A program made the position numbers and the translations under genes. Below, piece after piece: positions 41,908-52,240 of a stretch of DNA of 62,134 nucleotides. Source of the DNA: a virus (taxonomy: Duplodnaviria; Caudoviricetes). The notes under the pieces are model-generated. The model saw only the letters and a program-made list of their open reading frames with translations, was not told where the DNA came from and did no database searches. Numbering within the stretch: position 1 is the first letter of the stretch; the number at the start of each line of letters is the position of its first letter. Location of the stretch: IMG/VR virus record IMGVR_UViG_3300037264_004886, positions 1 to 62,134 of that record; one strand, given 5' to 3'.

Positions 41908-42627
41908 TTAGATAAGTTTCAAAACTTTAACCCCGATCATCATTATACAAATAAGTAAACTAAAAACCAATATATATATTCCATATTTATTTAAATCTTC
42001 TTGTTTCGTTTGCTCCGAAAGTTTCGCCAACTGCCGGGTGTAACCGGCGAACGCCCCCATACTTTTAGGCGAGAATGCGGATCTTATCCGCAACCACGGT
42101 ACTGTTATAGTGGAGTCTATCGGGCAGGTTATCATTCCGGCTTGTAATAGCGCCCCAAATCTCAGCAGCGTATGGATTTCATCCGTTCCTGGGTGTGCCT
42201 CATTCCAGATAGTTACCGCTTTATCAATCTCTTGTCGTGCAGGACTGTCAAGTTCTGTCCATCTATCAGCATCAAGTATTAAATCTGCGGTTGTTTTTCC
42301 GATCATTCCTGATGGTGAGTAGTCCCACACTTTCTGGGCTTTTTTAGCTTGTTCTGGAGTTTCATTGAATATAAGCTTCGCTTTTTTTTCGCTTTTCAAA
42401 ACAAAATTTAAATTTGAATCGAATGTAAATGCGACTTGTTCGTGTCTGATGGCAGCATAAAACAAACCCCAGAGCGGCTTCAACGGACTCCAAAAAAGTA
42501 CGTGCCATCCGACGTAAGAACCGACTGCGGCAATAGCTAGCGCCAAGATGATCCAGTAGTAAACTTGTAATCCGAGCGCCAGAGTATTTAGAACCCCGCC
42601 AAAAAGCAAAACGGGCATTTTAATCAA
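41908..42627 (-). CDS. Membrane protein (N- and C-terminal TM); probable paralogue of 43662-44453
   Basis: Same topology; AFTFDSN vs AFMFGKN. Confidence 0.6.
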   Translation of the reverse strand: MIKMPVLLFGGVLNTLALGLQVYYWIILALAIAAVGSYVGWHVLFWSPLKPLWGLFYAAIRHEQVAFTFDSNLNFVLKSEKKAKLIFNETPEQAKKAQKVWDYSPSGMIGKTTADLILDADRWTELDSPARQEIDKAVTIWNEAHPGTDEIHTLLRFGALLQAGMITCPIDSTITVPWLRIRSAFSPKSMGAFAGYTRQLAKLSEQTKQEDLNKYGIYILVFSLLICIMMIGVKVLKLI

Positions 42628-42633
42628 CTCCGT

Positions 42634-43533
42634 TTAACACCATGCAACACCTTCAATCCAGTTATTACAGATGATCTTTACAAGCAATTCCTGTAATATT
42701 CTATCCATCAATTTCGTGGGGATGCCGAGATCGTTTAGTTTTGTAATGTCAAGTTGGTATGCGTGTTCGAGTTGTCCATCTGTGAGGATGTTGGTTGCGG
42801 TTTCTAATTGTATCGGATCTGATATTTTTGATTCAAGTAATTTTGTCATGTCGGTTCGTATTGTTTTTGTGTATTGTTCTCCAACATAGGCAAACTGGAT
42901 TGAGGCATCGTTTGCTTTCCTACCCTTTTTCCGCAAAACTTCTTTCCACGACTTTGCAGAACCGTAACTAAATAACCCACCGAGCTGTGGATCAACCGGA
43001 CCAAGACACGCGAATGCCCCCATAAATAATTGATCACAACTTAATGCAAGTATTGTCCCACCGGACATTGCATAAAATGGAACGAATGCCCGCACTTCTG
43101 CCCCGTAACTTTTTATTGCTTTAGAAAGCAGTTGTGTGTAAAACACATATCCCCCCGGTGTGTGTAAGATGAGATCAAATGGTTTCCCTTTAAATGATTG
43201 AAATGCCCGCTCAAGTTTGTGGAGTGTGGTCAGGTCGATCATTGATTGAGAAAACAACCCGGATTCAGTGTGTTTTATAAGTATTGTGTTACGTCCGGTT
43301 ATATTCTTAAATTTACGTAGAATGTATTTGACGTATAGATTTCCTATGATTGGTTTGATATATCCATCCCACATAAGCACAATCACAAAGAACGCCGAAA
43401 TTAAAGTAATAAGCATTAAAATAAGATATTGCGTCCATTCGGTAGTTGCCAGTACATTTACTTGTAATGGTATTCCCCCAGAACTCCGGGTGGCGTTGAT
43501 TATTGTCAGTATGTCTGCCGTTTCAAGTGTCAT
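42634..43533 (-). CDS. SDH/ClpP-crotonase-family serine protease, membrane anchored
   Basis: DLILHTPGG, VPFYAMSGGTILAL, LGPVDPQ. Confidence 0.85.
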   Translation of the reverse strand: MTLETADILTIINATRSSGGIPLQVNVLATTEWTQYLILMLITLISAFFVIVLMWDGYIKPIIGNLYVKYILRKFKNITGRNTILIKHTESGLFSQSMIDLTTLHKLERAFQSFKGKPFDLILHTPGGYVFYTQLLSKAIKSYGAEVRAFVPFYAMSGGTILALSCDQLFMGAFACLGPVDPQLGGLFSYGSAKSWKEVLRKKGRKANDASIQFAYVGEQYTKTIRTDMTKLLESKISDPIQLETATNILTDGQLEHAYQLDITKLNDLGIPTKLMDRILQELLVKIICNNWIEGVAWC

Positions 43534-43661
43534 TTACGTCACCTTCTTTTCATCGTTCTCACATCTCTCTGAGCACCATTCAAACTCTCCGTTTGTGAAT
43601 ATCGTGTCCCCACACACTTTACACCTTTTACCAACAGTCCACATATGACCTTCCTTGGGCA

Positions 43662-44453
43662 TCATACTGGTCCCTTCCCGGCAGCGCCCGAAACGAACAG
43701 GAACGTAATTGCCATCGCGATTACTCCAGCACCTACGAACAGGAGTAGTTTAATGTTCTTTTCCCAGAACGATTCGTCCGGGATGTGGATGTTTAGTTCG
43801 TTTGATAATTTCAGGATCATCGCGCCGAACATTGCCGCCGTCCGGTTCCGGGGCGTGTACTTCTGGACTTCTTCGGGAGAATAGAGAGCGTAGATTGGAA
43901 TGGGTATTCCATCCGGGTATGCGCTCTCTAACGCCGGAATGAACGCCATGAAATCTAAATTGTTAGTTATGGCGATATCCGGGTTTTTCGTGTTAATCTC
44001 TTTTGCAATCCGGCACACTGCCATTTCGGAGATTGGGTCGCGGATACAATCAAAGTTATCGGACGCGATGAATACGGGTTTGAACCCGACTTTTCCGACA
44101 CTGGTGGGACTGGTCAGCATCCATTTACTAACGAGTGTTGGATCTTTGTAAGAGAGAATGCCATCAACGTATTCGAGCGCCTGGATTGAGAAAGAACGGT
44201 TCTTACCGAACATGAACGCTTGCTGCGTCTTGACTCCGGTGGCTTTACTTGCAACTCCGGCGCCTCGGACGGGTGCCATGATCATGAACTTAATAAACCA
44301 CCAGGCGTTAATTAGCACGACTGATAAGAACAGGACGAGAATAACAATCAACCACAACGGCATCGGTCCGAGTGTGATATCCATTATCGGATCGAACGCA
44401 GTATTTGGAGGCATCTGGTAAATATCTGCCATTATGGTGTCTCCCGATTCCAT
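43662..44453 (-). CDS. Membrane protein
   Basis: TM helices at both ends. Confidence 0.6.
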   Translation of the reverse strand: MESGDTIMADIYQMPPNTAFDPIMDITLGPMPLWLIVILVLFLSVVLINAWWFIKFMIMAPVRGAGVASKATGVKTQQAFMFGKNRSFSIQALEYVDGILSYKDPTLVSKWMLTSPTSVGKVGFKPVFIASDNFDCIRDPISEMAVCRIAKEINTKNPDIAITNNLDFMAFIPALESAYPDGIPIPIYALYSPEEVQKYTPRNRTAAMFGAMILKLSNELNIHIPDESFWEKNIKLLLFVGAGVIAMAITFLFVSGAAGKGPV

Positions 44454-45001
44454 TTCCGATGGTTATTCCATACCCAGAGTGTAAAAACCATTACTATTAT
44501 AAAAAATACGAACAAATCTACGTAATTCCCGGGATTCATTATAAATTCTGCCATCTAAACCACCTCATGGATGTGTGGACAGTTTGGTTTACCTAATGGG
44601 AGTAATTTGAGATTGAGAATGTTGTTGTCATATTCTTGTTGTGTTATTTCGCCACTTTCGAGTAACCGATCATTCATTTTTTGTGCGATGTATAATGCTG
44701 TGTATGCCATTCCGGTTCCTTTGTCGTTCATACAATCGCTCCCAAAACTTTCCCAAACTCTTTCATCTTCTCTTTTATCTGTGGGCGATCATTTTTTTCA
44801 ATAGCGAGTTTCAGTTCGGCGTAAACTAATATTGGGGTTGGTTTTTTAGAAGTCATTTTACAACCTCTTCAATTAAGTTTGGATGTGTTTTTTTTATTAA
44901 TTTTAAAAGTTTTTTGATTTCTCTCAAATCCATATAACACCCCCCAAACTCATCACAAATTTCATAACATTTGCTTGCGTTGTCGTATGATATCGATTGC
45001 A

Positions 45002-45586
45002 TTATTTCTTCCCTCCGAGGATACTCAAAAATCCTTTTCGCTGTTCGGGCTGGTCGGGCATCTTCACGACACTCTCAGCGCCAGTCTTGTGTGTAATCCA
45101 TGCCGTCCGTTCTCTGATACCCTTGTCGGACAGGTCGCCACGGGATTTCGTTGCCAGGATTTTTATTATCCAGCGTTTGATTAACGCTTGCAAAATCTCT
45201 TCATTGCCCTCACCGTCTGCTACGTCTACAATTTCAATAAAGTCCCGGACCAGACGGTTGTATAAAACGTTGTCAAGGTTCGTAAACGTTAACTGTTCCA
45301 GTAAAGACGAACATTCCATTATCCACAACCCTTTCTGACTTTCTTGTGGGGATAACGTAACCGATACCAATCGGTTGAGAAAGTAAACGTCAATTCCCTG
45401 CGGGCGGGTATCGAACATTCCGGCGCCCAGACCTCGTTGCTGTTGCTGTTGCTGGATCTGTTGCTGCTGCATCTGCTGTTGATATTCAGCTTCGTCGGCG
45501 GCTTCGAGTAATTTCTGCTGGTCGGGGGGTAAATAAGGAACGCCCTCGGCTTCACATCTCAGTTTTCGTAAATCTTCAAGTCCCAT
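45002..45586 (-). CDS. Hypothetical protein with poly-Q tract
   Basis: GGAGG RBS; in the ATPase operon. Confidence 0.6.
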   Translation of the reverse strand: MGLEDLRKLRCEAEGVPYLPPDQQKLLEAADEAEYQQQMQQQQIQQQQQQRGLGAGMFDTRPQGIDVYFLNRLVSVTLSPQESQKGLWIMECSSLLEQLTFTNLDNVLYNRLVRDFIEIVDVADGEGNEEILQALIKRWIIKILATKSRGDLSDKGIRERTAWITHKTGAESVVKMPDQPEQRKGFLSILGGKK

Positions 45587-45712
45587 TTATTTTCCTCCGT
45601 CTTTCAGTCAATTCGTACAACGCCCAACACCACAGGGATACCCCGAAACACAATAATATTAAGTATAAGTATCCCGCAACGCCCATATCAGTTCCGTCAA
45701 GATTTACTACCA

Positions 45713-46075
45713 TCATTCCCCCCGGTCCATATACTTGAACGAATCATCAATCAGTTGTCCATATCCTCCGTGAACAAGTTCGCCCATGTGGTCTAATACG
45801 TGAGCACACACGAAATTGGAAGTCTCCCACTTCCCTACTTTATATAAGTTTTCGGCGTTCATACACAACCCCACACATTCGTCAAAGATTGGTTTGAACT
45901 CATCAAACTCCCCTGTAAGTTTCGATGCAATGATGAGTGCGGATACCAGGTTGCGAGTGTTCCCGGGTTTCCGGGACGGATCGATTCCGCGAGCGTTGAC
46001 ATAATGTGCCCCGATCTCCATTCGCAACTGCGTATTGATCTTTTTCTTTCTTTCTTCAAATGTTAAAAGCGCCAT
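45713..46075 (-). CDS. Hypothetical protein
   Basis: Overlaps the ATPase 3' end. Confidence 0.55.
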   Translation of the reverse strand: MALLTFEERKKKINTQLRMEIGAHYVNARGIDPSRKPGNTRNLVSALIIASKLTGEFDEFKPIFDECVGLCMNAENLYKVGKWETSNFVCAHVLDHMGELVHGGYGQLIDDSFKYMDRGE

Positions 46076-47228
46076 GTTTCACCGCGTGTTTACTCTTCTT
46101 TAATCGTATTTTCAGTTTGCCGAGAATGTCCAAACAGAGTTTCTGGTGGATTCCGAGATACGACGCCAGTCTTGCAACATTCGTATTCGGTTCGTCTGCG
46201 ATAAACTTCTGAATTTCAAGTTCGTATTTCATCGCCTGGTCTGCTACGTTCTGTTCGTGGAGGGTTGGACCTTCCCGCACTTTGTGTTTTGGTTTTGGTT
46301 TCTGCACCGGGTTCCGGAACGTCCCGGTCTCTACAATGCGTTTGTTGACGTCTAACGCAGATTGTTCGCGCTGTTTGTCGTATCCGACAATTAGTTCGGT
46401 TGGAGGTTTTAATGAAACCCAGAAATCTATTTTCCGTTTACCAAAACCCATACGACGGTTATACTCTTTCCCCAAAAACCCAATTTCAGATGAGTTGACT
46501 TTAACTAAATTGAATCCTCCAGCGTGAAACGATTTGTAGATGCTCATTGTAATATCGCACATTTCACGGACTTGGTTGTCGACGTGTTTTTTTAACGGAG
46601 CTGTGAGTAACAATATCCAGCGGTTCGTCCGGGCAACCGTCATTAACGCATTGAAGTTTCGGTTCTGTGGTGAGTTCCAACTTCGGTTACTGACTGCTAA
46701 ACTACAATCATCCACAATTACAATCTGATACTTTCCGGCATCCTTTAAAATTTGCATTACTCGGTCGGTATCTTCGAGGGTAGCGACGTGATTTAATGAA
46801 AAGTAATCTTTCCAATCTCCCCCCAACACTTTTGCAATTTCGTGTGCGATTCGATATGCAATCCACAACGCCGTATACGATTTCCCAGAACCTCGCCTGC
46901 CTTGAATGAATATGATTAAGTCCTGCCGGTCTGTACCAGTAACCCGTTTCGCCGCCCAGATACAGAACGGAGAATCTGGAACCGGGATTTGTTGTTTTTG
47001 GATCTCGGTTACATAGTTCGCCATTCGTTTAATGGCGCCTGGAGTAGCCGGACCCAAATCTATCAACCCGGTAATCCCGGGCACCCACGGGATGACTACT
47101 GGCGGAGGAGGGGGTGGTTTTGGAAACATCACGTCGTAATCATATTCTTCTACGGGCGCCGGGGCGATCTCTACGCCAATCTCTCCGTCATCTACGATTG
47201 GTTGATCTTCTATGTCGTCTTCCGTCAC
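46056..47228 (-). CDS. Zot-like / packaging-type P-loop ATPase
   Basis: GRRGSGKS, IVIVDD, R...ILLLTAP...VDNQVRE (Zot-like D..(I/V)R); C-terminal HTH-like segment. Confidence 0.75.
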   Translation of the reverse strand: MTEDDIEDQPIVDDGEIGVEIAPAPVEEYDYDVMFPKPPPPPPVVIPWVPGITGLIDLGPATPGAIKRMANYVTEIQKQQIPVPDSPFCIWAAKRVTGTDRQDLIIFIQGRRGSGKSYTALWIAYRIAHEIAKVLGGDWKDYFSLNHVATLEDTDRVMQILKDAGKYQIVIVDDCSLAVSNRSWNSPQNRNFNALMTVARTNRWILLLTAPLKKHVDNQVREMCDITMSIYKSFHAGGFNLVKVNSSEIGFLGKEYNRRMGFGKRKIDFWVSLKPPTELIVGYDKQREQSALDVNKRIVETGTFRNPVQKPKPKHKVREGPTLHEQNVADQAMKYELEIQKFIADEPNTNVARLASYLGIHQKLCLDILGKLKIRLKKSKHAVKHGAFNI

Positions 47229-47572
47229 AGCATCCCGCCCGTTGAGACCTCTTCAAACTCCAGCATTTCAGATAAGAAGCTGATCAGTTCGCCCACACAG
47301 AGAGTAGACGCCGATATAATATCCCCATCGTATTTATCTCGGGTTTCGGTATAGACTTGCCATAACTGTTTTCGTTTTTCGCGGTTCGGGCAGAATGCAA
47401 TTAACGCAGCTGTTGCTCCCTCAACACTCGCCTTGTCTTTTGTTACTACAGTTTCAAAATAGTTTTTTGCTAGCGATAGGAGAAAAAACGTATACATATT
47501 TTTCGGGGAGCCGTGCATCATATTCGACATCGGACCCATATCAATTTTAGATAATCCGGTAGAGTCTGCCAT
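47225..47572 (-). CDS. Hypothetical protein
   Basis: First gene of the ATPase operon, divergent from the capsid-like genes. Confidence 0.6.
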   Translation of the reverse strand: MADSTGLSKIDMGPMSNMMHGSPKNMYTFFLLSLAKNYFETVVTKDKASVEGATAALIAFCPNREKRKQLWQVYTETRDKYDGDIISASTLCVGELISFLSEMLEFEEVSTGGML

Positions 47573-47624
47573 AAGTAAACGGATATTTATAAAAAGTGAT
47601 ATTTATGGTTTGTTGCTGATAGGT

Positions 47625-47677
47625 TTTAAATACCATATCGTTCTTATTACTTTGTAAGCGAGGTGATTGAATACGAA
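47625..47677 (+). promoter_or_regulatory. TATA box plus 33-bp leader/RBS, duplicated at 48105-48156
   Basis: TTTAAATA at 47625 and 48105; TATTACTTTGTAAGCGAGGTGATTGAATACGAA at 47645 and 48124. Confidence 0.8.
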
Positions 47678-48071
47678 AATTAAAAAGATGCAGATGGTTC
47701 TTGCGCAAGGACTTCGCACTACGATTGACGAGCACGGGGTCACACAGGGAATCATGATGTTTGTGGTCGCGGCTGTAATGATCGCAATCATGCTCCCGGT
47801 GCTGAATGGTGTGATGACGGCGTCCCCGGTGCTTACTACAGATCCAATGATGGTTAATAATTTAACCAGTGGGGGGGTGCATGTAGCTGGTGCAAATGCC
47901 ACAGGATATGGAACTCTCACTACTAACGCCGCAATGGTATCAACCCAGAGCACAATGTGGACAACTATCGGTAGTTCCTACGGACTTCTCGTCGTAGTTT
48001 TAATCCTCATTGCTGCAGCAGTTATCCTCGGAGCTATCGGGCTCTTCCGGTACTTCGGTGGACAGGACTAA
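47667..48071 (+). CDS. Putative major capsid protein 1 (hydrophobic helical hairpin, spindle-virus-like)
   Basis: Basic leader ending DEHG, two long hydrophobic helices, glycosylation sequons in the linker; own promoter. Confidence 0.65.
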   Translation: MNTKIKKMQMVLAQGLRTTIDEHGVTQGIMMFVVAAVMIAIMLPVLNGVMTASPVLTTDPMMVNNLTSGGVHVAGANATGYGTLTTNAAMVSTQSTMWTTIGSSYGLLVVVLILIAAAVILGAIGLFRYFGGQD

Positions 48072-48145
48072 ACCCAATTAATCTCTCCTTTTTTTTCAAT
48101 AATCTTTAAATAGTATATACGTGTATTACTTTGTAAGCGAGGTGA

Positions 48146-48454
48146 TTGAATACGAATTTCAAAGCTATTGTTAAAGCCGGTCTCCGCAAGACTATGGGCG
48201 ACTACGGTGTGACGCAGGGAATTATGATGTTCGTGGTTGCCGCGATTATGATCGCCGTGCTGCTTCCTGTGCTCAATGGAGTGCTGACTGCAACCCCGGT
48301 GATCCTGACGGGTCCGCTCAACACCACGCAGCAAACTGTCAACACTACAATCGGTAGTGCGTATGGTCTGCTCGTAGTTGTGTTAATCCTCATTGCTGCA
48401 GCAGTTATCCTCGGAGCTATCGGGCTCTTCCGGTACTTCGGTGGACAGGAGTGA
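48146..48454 (+). CDS. Putative major capsid protein 2 (paralogue)
   Basis: Leader ending GDYG then VTQGIMMFVVAA; 68-bp identical 3' end with paralogue 1. Confidence 0.65.
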   Translation: MNTNFKAIVKAGLRKTMGDYGVTQGIMMFVVAAIMIAVLLPVLNGVLTATPVILTGPLNTTQQTVNTTIGSAYGLLVVVLILIAAAVILGAIGLFRYFGGQE

Positions 48455-48479
48455 AGTTGGAACAAATTTCCAACTTTTA
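48454..48479 (+). terminator. Hairpin after the capsid-like genes
   Basis: AAGTTGGAA-caaat-TTCCAACTT followed by T. Confidence 0.5.
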
Positions 48480-48557
48480 AAAATTTCTCTCTTTTAGGAA
48501 ACAACTTGTAAAGGTGTGACGCATACTATTATATACCTGTAACGCATACTATTATCT

Positions 48558-49241
48558 ATGGTTGCCGGTAAATGTTCTGATCCTATAAAAGAAGCAGAGC
48601 GCATTCGTAAAATGGCAGAAACAAAGCGTTCGCAACATAGGCGTGTCGTTCATTCAGAAGAAGCACGCAAAAAAATGTCGGAAGCTAATTTGGGTGTGAA
48701 ACACCATCAATATGGAAAGCCGATTTCTGATGAAGTAAAACAAAAAATATCAATAACAATGTCTGGTCGTAAACGTCCGCAAAGATCCCCCGAATGGTGT
48801 CGTAAAATATCAGAGGGGCATAAAGGTAAACGACATACAATGGAAACCCGCATGAAAATGTCTAAAGCTCAACTTGGAGAAAAAGCAAAGTTGTGGAAAG
48901 GGGGATTGTCTTATGGCTTGTATTGCAAAGATGCAAAACCGTCTTATAAGCGAGTCCGTGCATATTTCAGTCATTGTTGTGTTAGGTGTGGTCAACCACA
49001 AACAAAAGAAAAATTGTGTGTGCATCATGTAGATTATGATAAAGAAGCCGGTTGTAAAGGAAAGAAATTTTGGGCTGTAACTCTGTGTCGTTCGTGTCAT
49101 ACTGAAACCAACAACAACCGCGAATATTGGGAATCACAATTCAAAGAAATGATAACGAATTATTATGGTGGGAAATGTATGCTAACCGAACAAGAGTTTA
49201 AAGATTTATATTCGGTGATTCCGGATGTTATCACCCAATAA
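48558..49241 (+). CDS. NUMOD3-repeat HNH endonuclease
   Basis: HSEEARKKMSEA repeats; CVRC...LCVHHVDYDK...LCRSCH...N. Confidence 0.75.
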   Translation: MVAGKCSDPIKEAERIRKMAETKRSQHRRVVHSEEARKKMSEANLGVKHHQYGKPISDEVKQKISITMSGRKRPQRSPEWCRKISEGHKGKRHTMETRMKMSKAQLGEKAKLWKGGLSYGLYCKDAKPSYKRVRAYFSHCCVRCGQPQTKEKLCVHHVDYDKEAGCKGKKFWAVTLCRSCHTETNNNREYWESQFKEMITNYYGGKCMLTEQEFKDLYSVIPDVITQ

Positions 49242-50436
49242 GCACCTCCTCAATACAGACGTTCTCACAGCAGCTCGTGGTAGGATCTCCTGGATGTTCG
49301 ACACATTTGAGCGGGTGTGCGTAAGTTTCTCTGGGGGAAAAGACTCTTCGGTAATGTTTCACCTGGTAATGGAAGAGGCAATAAAGCGGGACCGTGTTGT
49401 TGGTGTTATGTTTGTAGATTGGGAAGTCCAGTTTACGCATACGATAGAGCACGTCCAGAAAATGTTTGATTTGTATAAAGAACATATTGAACCGTACTGG
49501 ATTGCGCTTCCGTTCAGGACAGAGAACTGCACCAGTATGTTTGAACCGGAGTGGATTTGTTGGGAGCCGGGTAAGAAGTGGGTTCGGGATGTGCCAGCAT
49601 CGGGAATAAATGATTACAAGCAGTTCCCGTTTTATACGTATCCGATGACGTTTGAAGAGTTTGTTCCGAAGTTTGGACAATGGTATAGTGACGGAAAATT
49701 AACTGCGGTGGTTGTTGGGATTCGGGCGGACGAATCGTTGCATCGATATAGCACGATAACATCACAGACCAAAACGCGGTTTGAGGATAAGGGATACACT
49801 ACACAACTGTCTGATAATGTGTATAACGTGTATCCGATTTACGATTGGAAAACTACCGACGTGTGGACGTATAACGGCAAGTATAATCGGTTATCAAACC
49901 CGCTGTATACGCTTATGTACCGTGCAGGGGTTCCGCTTCATAATATGCGAGTTGACGAACCGTTTGGTGAGAAACAGCGGAAGGGATTGTGGTTATACCA
50001 CATTTTAGATCCGATAATGTGGGCAAAAATAGTAGAGAGAATAAACGGTGCGAACTTCGGGGCGTTATACGTAAAAGAGCGGGGAAACATTCTTGGGAAT
50101 TACGGAGTAACAAAACCGGAGAGCCACACGTGGAAATCGTATGCAGAGTTGTTGTTAAATTCTATGCCAATAAAAACGGCGGAACACTATAAAAACAAAA
50201 TTGCTGTATACTTGCGATGGTATCAGGTACGTGACTATCCTGTGGGGATACCGGATTATCAGGACAACGATGTCGGTCCGAAAGATGCATATCCGAGTTG
50301 GAGGCGGGTTTGTAAGATTCTGTTACGGAATGATTACTGGTGTAAAGGATTGTCGTTCAGTGTCCAGAAATCTTCGGCAACAGAAAAATATTTGAAACTA
50401 ATGAAAATCAGGAGAGAACTATGGAATCTGATTTAA
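49225..50436 (+). CDS. ibrA: IbrA/YbdN-like PAPS-reductase-family protein (DUF3440)
   Basis: VSFSGGKDS, GIRADESLHR, YPIYDW, PSWRRVCK.LLRNDYWC. Confidence 0.85.
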   Translation: MLSPNKHLLNTDVLTAARGRISWMFDTFERVCVSFSGGKDSSVMFHLVMEEAIKRDRVVGVMFVDWEVQFTHTIEHVQKMFDLYKEHIEPYWIALPFRTENCTSMFEPEWICWEPGKKWVRDVPASGINDYKQFPFYTYPMTFEEFVPKFGQWYSDGKLTAVVVGIRADESLHRYSTITSQTKTRFEDKGYTTQLSDNVYNVYPIYDWKTTDVWTYNGKYNRLSNPLYTLMYRAGVPLHNMRVDEPFGEKQRKGLWLYHILDPIMWAKIVERINGANFGALYVKERGNILGNYGVTKPESHTWKSYAELLLNSMPIKTAEHYKNKIAVYLRWYQVRDYPVGIPDYQDNDVGPKDAYPSWRRVCKILLRNDYWCKGLSFSVQKSSATEKYLKLMKIRRELWNLI

Positions 50437-50930
50437 CGTGGACAAAAAAACATCCAGTATCAAATGTGGTGTGGGTTCCGACCGAAACCATATTTGCAAA
50501 TGATTACAATCCGAATACAGTTGCGCCACCGGAAATGAAACTATTAAAAATCAGTATTGAATCCGACGGGTTTACACAACCGATAGTAGTTTGGGAAACT
50601 TCGGCAGGGTATGAGGTTGTGGATGGATTTCATCGGCATCTTGTGGGAAAACAGATGGGGTTATCACACTTACCAATCGTGGTTATTAATAAGGAACGGG
50701 TGGAAAAAGGAAACCGAATTGCGTCAACAATTCGACACAACCGGGCGCGGGGAAAACATCTGGTATCCGGGATGAGCGAAATAGTACAAGAACTATCAAG
50801 ACGGAATTGGTCTGATGATAAAATCGGACGAGAGTTGGGGATGGAACCGGACGAAGTGTTGCGACTGAAACAAATAAGCGGGCTGGCAGAACTGTTTGCT
50901 GATAAAGAGTTTTCGCAAGCGTGGGAATAA
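50421..50930 (+). CDS. ibrB: IbrB/YbdM-like ParB/Srx-domain protein
   Basis: ANDYNPN.VAPPEM, VVDGFHR, STIRHNRARGKH. Confidence 0.85.
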   Translation: MESDLTWTKKHPVSNVVWVPTETIFANDYNPNTVAPPEMKLLKISIESDGFTQPIVVWETSAGYEVVDGFHRHLVGKQMGLSHLPIVVINKERVEKGNRIASTIRHNRARGKHLVSGMSEIVQELSRRNWSDDKIGRELGMEPDEVLRLKQISGLAELFADKEFSQAWE

Positions 50931-50960
50931 TTTTTATATTTCCACTTACTATTATCTCGT

Positions 50961-51449
50961 ATGCGAAAATTACCAATCATCTTATTCCTTTTACTGCTCG
51001 TTACTCCGGCACTGGCGAACCCGGACTTCACACCGATCATTAACGACCCGGCGCATTACAACATTTCGTATTCGTTGGCTACCAGTTCGGCAACTCCGTT
51101 TCCGTTGTGGTTGTTTGTAGCGATGCTCGGGCTGACGTTGCTGTTCGCTTCGTTCGTCTTGAAACTGGAGCAGGGGAATGATGTGTGTGCATTGATAGCA
51201 CCGTTACCGATACTGATAACCGCGTGGCAATCGTTGTCGATTGATATCGCTGGTGGGGCGGGGGTTGCGGCGTTATCGAACGGCACGAACACTTGGGTAC
51301 TCATGGAGAACCATATCATTTACAGCCCGGTAATCCTGGCGGTGTTCTTTGGGTTGTTGTTCATCATTTCACTACTAAACATTTACAGAATATATCTGAC
51401 GTCTAAAACGGTTGAAGGCGGCGAACAAAGCCCGCGTTTACGCACATGA
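50961..51449 (+). CDS. Membrane protein
   Basis: Signal peptide plus 3 TM helices. Confidence 0.6.
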   Translation: MRKLPIILFLLLLVTPALANPDFTPIINDPAHYNISYSLATSSATPFPLWLFVAMLGLTLLFASFVLKLEQGNDVCALIAPLPILITAWQSLSIDIAGGAGVAALSNGTNTWVLMENHIIYSPVILAVFFGLLFIISLLNIYRIYLTSKTVEGGEQSPRLRT

Positions 51450-52240
51450 AGACATTTGTATTCATTTGTATAGTATGGATGGCGGTACTGTTCGTAGTAG
51501 CGCCGGTGTTGGGGGCATTCCCTCCACCAGCAGCAGACTTTTCAGCAAACGAAACGTTGGTTTGTATTTATGACGTAATCCAGTTTACAGACACGTCGGT
51601 GTATTATGGTAGTCCGACGTGGTGGTGGTTGTTCGGAGATAGTCAGGATTCGCACGAAGAAAACCCCACGCATTATTATGATACCGTTGGTACGTATATG
51701 GTTCAATTATGGGTACATGATGCCTGGGGCGAAGATTGGGAGAACAAGACGGCGTACATTACGGTCCGGGATTGTTACAGTGCGGATTTCACGGCAAACT
51801 CGACGTGCAGTATCGGGAAACCAAAGGTAGTAACTTTCAATGAAACCGGGACGCCGTGTGTTTTTGACGGAGACCCCGGGAAATCGGGATGGGAAATCTC
51901 ATCTTACACTGATTGGATGTACTGGAATGGGACCGATTGGGTTGTAGATGCCAACGGTATTTTTGATGGGAGTGACAGCCACGACAACAATGCAATTATC
52001 AACTTCACAGAATATGGCACATATACTGTAACACATACTTGTATGTTCCCTCCTCCGATTGGGTCGGGGTCTACAACCAAAACAGATTACATTATTGTAG
52101 GGGTAAACGGCACGTATTGTTCCGGGGGTGTGGCATGTTCGGGGGGCGGGATGGTCCAGACAGATTGGTTGCCGGTTGCGGTAGTGCTGGCGTTCGTTCC
52201 AATCTGGTTTTTGATAATGTTCGTCAGCAACAAAAGATAA
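51446..52240 (+). CDS. PKD-domain surface protein with C-terminal anchor
   Basis: ADFSAN...QFTDTS...W.FGD...ENP.H.Y...G.Y.V.L. Confidence 0.75.
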   Translation: MKTFVFICIVWMAVLFVVAPVLGAFPPPAADFSANETLVCIYDVIQFTDTSVYYGSPTWWWLFGDSQDSHEENPTHYYDTVGTYMVQLWVHDAWGEDWENKTAYITVRDCYSADFTANSTCSIGKPKVVTFNETGTPCVFDGDPGKSGWEISSYTDWMYWNGTDWVVDANGIFDGSDSHDNNAIINFTEYGTYTVTHTCMFPPPIGSGSTTKTDYIIVGVNGTYCSGGVACSGGGMVQTDWLPVAVVLAFVPIWFLIMFVSNKR

